DNA of 64,000 bases from Tubulanus polymorphus (taxonomy: Eukaryota; Animalia; Nemertea). Numbering within the stretch: the stretch's first letter is position 1; every line of letters begins with the position of its first letter. The position numbers and the translations under genes are program-made. Location: positions 3,472,001-3,536,000 of the forward strand of contig NC_134031.1 of the NCBI RefSeq assembly GCF_964204645.1. The letters run 5' to 3'. Below, one piece after another: positions 51,798 through 64,000 of the stretch. The notes under the pieces are model-generated. The model saw only the letters and a program-made list of their open reading frames with translations. It had not been told where the DNA came from and made no database searches.

Positions 51798-54740
51798 ACG
51801 CATGCCACGCAATAGACCTTGCACTGAATAAACGCAACTAGTCGCTACTACTCGAGGAGGGGAGCACGCTCGAAACAACACTCGCAGTCATCGCAACTTG
51901 GCAGATATATTTGGCTTCTAGCCAACCAGGACCCAGCTGCAAAGTTCTCATTCCATTTCCAATGTTTAAACACAACAGTCAAAAACTAATCGAGATCTAT
52001 AGAACTGGGTGCGAGGGCGCTTTACTTTTCGTCGGTCTGTCGACGGAATCAACTTACTTTTTGGAAGTTTTGAAAACTCTTTAGGGGGTCAGTTGCTCAA
52101 CGGTTGGTTTAAAGATAACCTGCGATAATTATATTTTGTCGATAATTATATGTGAGACTATTAAATGTTTTTCGACGACTGATTTGAGTTTAGATTTGCA
52201 CTTCGTATCGAGACGTGTTTAGAATTTCTGCACCGTCCATCGTTTTTCCGTCCACGCCTGATTTTTGCCATCTCCCTTTTGCAACGACAATTTGTAATCT
52301 TTTGCATTGTCATTTTTTATTGCATTATTATTTCACGCAAAAACTTAGATATGCAATATATAGTGTCCATTGAAATGTTCGTGAGAAATGTTTGCCGGAA
52401 AATGCATTGTACCGTTAAAACAACGCTGCCTGGGGAAAAAAATACGTAGATGCAGAATGATTACCGCGAGATGCACCCGTTCATTACTGTAAACAATGTT
52501 AGTGGTAGGCATTTCGTCCATTTCACGTTAGACGACAAAATTGTACAATAATTTCTTCTGACTGAAGTAGTATTACCAACTGTAAAGTGATATTTAATTT
52601 AAAGCAAAAAAAGACAACTCGAACTGCTGTTTTATGTTCATTTTTTCTTCGGAATTCCGAAATCCATCTGCTCACAGTCGGATGTGTGTGTGTGTATTAC
52701 ACGTCCTTTAAAGTTATCGATGTTATATAGAAATTTGTAGTAGATAAATCAGTGTTAAAGATTTGATATGAAATTATGACTGAAGTCGAACGCTTCACTT
52801 CGATCCGAACACGAATGGCTCACCGCGTCTGCTTATTCATGCAGCATCGCCGCACATAGTTTGTGCATTCAATCAGACCAGACCAGAATACCTTTACTAT
52901 TTGAGAGGAGTTACCACTCTTAAGACTTCGAATACTAATAAAATCATCAAAATATTCTCAAAATCAGAATGGTTTCAAGTTTATTTTCAATTTAATTACT
53001 ATTTTTCATTACTCCCATTAGTGGTGAAAACTACTGCAAAATATAAGTACCAGGTAGTCGAGTCCTGATTGGGTAATTGCATTATTGTAAAGATCATCTA
53101 TTAACCATACCATCTTTTCTAATAGGCTTATGATGATACCATGTTCTGATTCTGTATGCATGAGCAGCTACTAGAGTAACGTACCTTGGACTGAAAATGC
53201 CATCAGGTTCGAATTGCTGTGAAACGAACACTTTGTTACAGTACACAAAATATCAGAGTAGTTAATATTTCATGTTGTCGTTATTTCGTGTCATATTTTA
53301 TCTTCGTTCCATAATTACCGGTATGTGTGGTGTACGGCGCCGGTGATATTCGTACCCAGCTGCTGGGCTAGATGAATATGAAAATGAATTCATGTTAGGA
53401 CTGATAACCATTTCTACAGTAACCTTCCTTAATCCTAACCCTTCCAGCTAATGACTACTGCGTAACCGACAATATTCACTTTCTATGTGCATGTTGTCCT
53501 TTCACTCTGTTAGGTCGAGTAAAATTGTGTTACAGGCCTAGTGTTATAACCTAGTCTTGAAAATTTGTACCATGACAACACCTTTTGGTGAGTAAAGGCT
53601 TTTGCAAAACATTGAGAAGGTTCTATTCGGAGGAAGGTCACAGAATTGAATTCAGTAGCTACTTCCATATCCATGGGCCTGGGGGAATTCTGGAATACCC
53701 TAACAGTCCATTTAAAGATTTTTAATCAATAGATTTTACGGCAAACTTGATTCCTAATTTGTTTTTGTCGGTATGTATTTTAGGCCCTTGGAGTGACTTG
53801 TAAGTGATGTAATTGAACTTAATTAATCTACCTCTTTTTATGAAAAATTGGTCACCTATACATTGATGTAGAAGTCAAGGTTTAATCAAAATATTTATCT
53901 TAAAAGGGGGTCAAATTTTAATGCAAAACGGCAGTAGTATAGCAGGGCTGAGAACGATGTGGAAAAGTGTGAAAAAAACATTGAAGTTGAAATTTCTTTG
54001 AAAAATTGTGATAATTTTCAAAAATGTGTGAAATTTTGCAGAATGTACTTTCTGTTTAACTTTTAGAAGCTAGACTTCTGTACGTATCACCTTACGGTCA
54101 AAATCGATTTCTAGACTTGTATGATCAAAGTCAGTTATTTATTTTGGATATTTTATATTAGATTGATCCGTCCAGTTTGACATATATAAATCATCAGAGT
54201 TGTAACAAGAGATTTTATGAAATAGTTATACATAGAACAAACATCATTCCATTGGTCCTTGTGCGTGACATCGTATCCGGCATCGTTGTCGGGATGCGCA
54301 CTAATAAACCTGGTGGATCTTCACTTGCCATAGCCGCAAAAAAGAATCTTTCAACAAATCGGAAAATATCCAGTTCAACCAATTTTTCGAATGCCAGTGA
54401 AGCTGAGTAATGTTTCTGTAGTTATTCGAGGTAGTTAAAACTGTTTCGGCTCAATTTTAATATGGCAAAAATTCATGATAGATTAAATGGTATTTAGTGA
54501 GTGTAAAGCGATGTCGATGAGCTGATGATAATTGTATATTGTTGTGTGTAATCATATATAATTAAAGGTTTATTCACTGTTAAAATACTCGTACTTATTT
54601 ATTTGTAGGTGGTTTGCTTCGCTCGGAATTGAAGTTGAACTTTGGGTAAATCTTGTTTTCGCTGAGGTTTTGGTTTCAAACGTTTGGCAATTCATTCATG
54701 AAAAATTTGCTAGATGTGAGTTAAATCAAACTGATAGGAC

Positions 54741-54908
54741 CACAGGGGCTCGTATCAGAGTTGTAGGTAATGTAAAAACGATAATCTGTTAATCCAATGT
54801 ATATAGTATATATAAAATAACATTATTTTTATTTTATTTATACTATATACATTGGATTAACAGATTATCGTTTTTACATTACCTACAACTCTGATACGAG
54901 CCCCTGTG
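54741..54908. mobile_element. 168-bp fold-back MITE with 8-bp TSD (P- or hAT-type)
   Basis: Perfect 70-bp arms 54741-54810 / 54839-54908, CACAGGGG...CCCCTGTG; TSD GATAGGAC at 54733-54740 and 54909-54916. Confidence 0.9.
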
Positions 54909-55348
54909 GATAGGACAGGATCTTGAATTCAAGATATTTTGTTAGATAATAATATTTCAAGGATTATCTTGAATGATGCCCAAATTTTGAACCGGGACCA
55001 CCAACCAATCAGAATGCATCAAAATCATTAGACATTAGATTAGGCCCAAACCTGAAAAAACCATGTTTATTCCCTATTCAGTATCTAGCCAAGAATCAAA
55101 ATTTGGTGAACCGGATTCGAACCTAGAACCCCTGCTTTAAACCATATCGACGTTCCGTCTATTCGTTTTCACGCCTGAGTAACTGCTAAGAACGGCATCG
55201 ATGCTCCCCGAGGCCGACCGGTCATTTCTATTTTCTGCAGAAAGTCCACGCTCGCGCAATTCAATATTTTGACGTAATTTTTTAGGCATATTTACTACAT
55301 TTTTACCGCCGAATCTGTGACAACTTCGTACCCGATCGATTAGTGATC

Positions 55349-63844
<8,496 letters not shown>

Positions 63845-64000
63845 TAATGTTCTAAATTCTATGAGATTCAATCAAATTGGGACAAAAAATTCGGTTTCTA
63901 GTCTAAAATATAGTTGGACGATATGAATTTGAATAAGTAGTAAAAACTGTATGAGTCTGTAATTGCAGCTACTCGAGTACAAATGTATATCGTCTGCTAC

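Overview
Eukaryotic, intron-rich, AT-rich genomic DNA from an invertebrate animal. A marine spiralian/lophotrochozoan is my inference from gene structure and GPCR type, and the species cannot be determined. The window is a compact run of conserved spliced genes: COPB2 (+, first exon outside window), NEK9-like (-), DDOST/OST48 (+), GOLGA1/golgin-97 (+), KLHL20 (-), NEK6/7 (+) and ABCF1 (+, 3' end outside window). Between and inside them lie an orphan signal-peptide gene, a class A GPCR broken by a frameshift and an IS3EU-like MITE, an intact intronless GPCR nested on the same strand inside an ABCF1 intron, and many short inverted-repeat elements. Most notable: (1) a TSD-flanked 119-bp-arm palindrome in a KLHL20 intron carrying a minimal hammerhead ribozyme of the Penelope-like-element type, intact only antisense to the host gene; (2) two tandem alternative first coding exons that each give NEK6/7 a different kinase N-lobe; (3) NEK9 and its effector NEK6/7 about 27 kb apart, with the docking motif retained; (4) the same-strand nested GPCR; (5) an unexplained GC-rich structured island upstream of GOLGA1. 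Gene spans are first-to-last coding base and include introns. All identifications come from recalled family motifs, not database searches.
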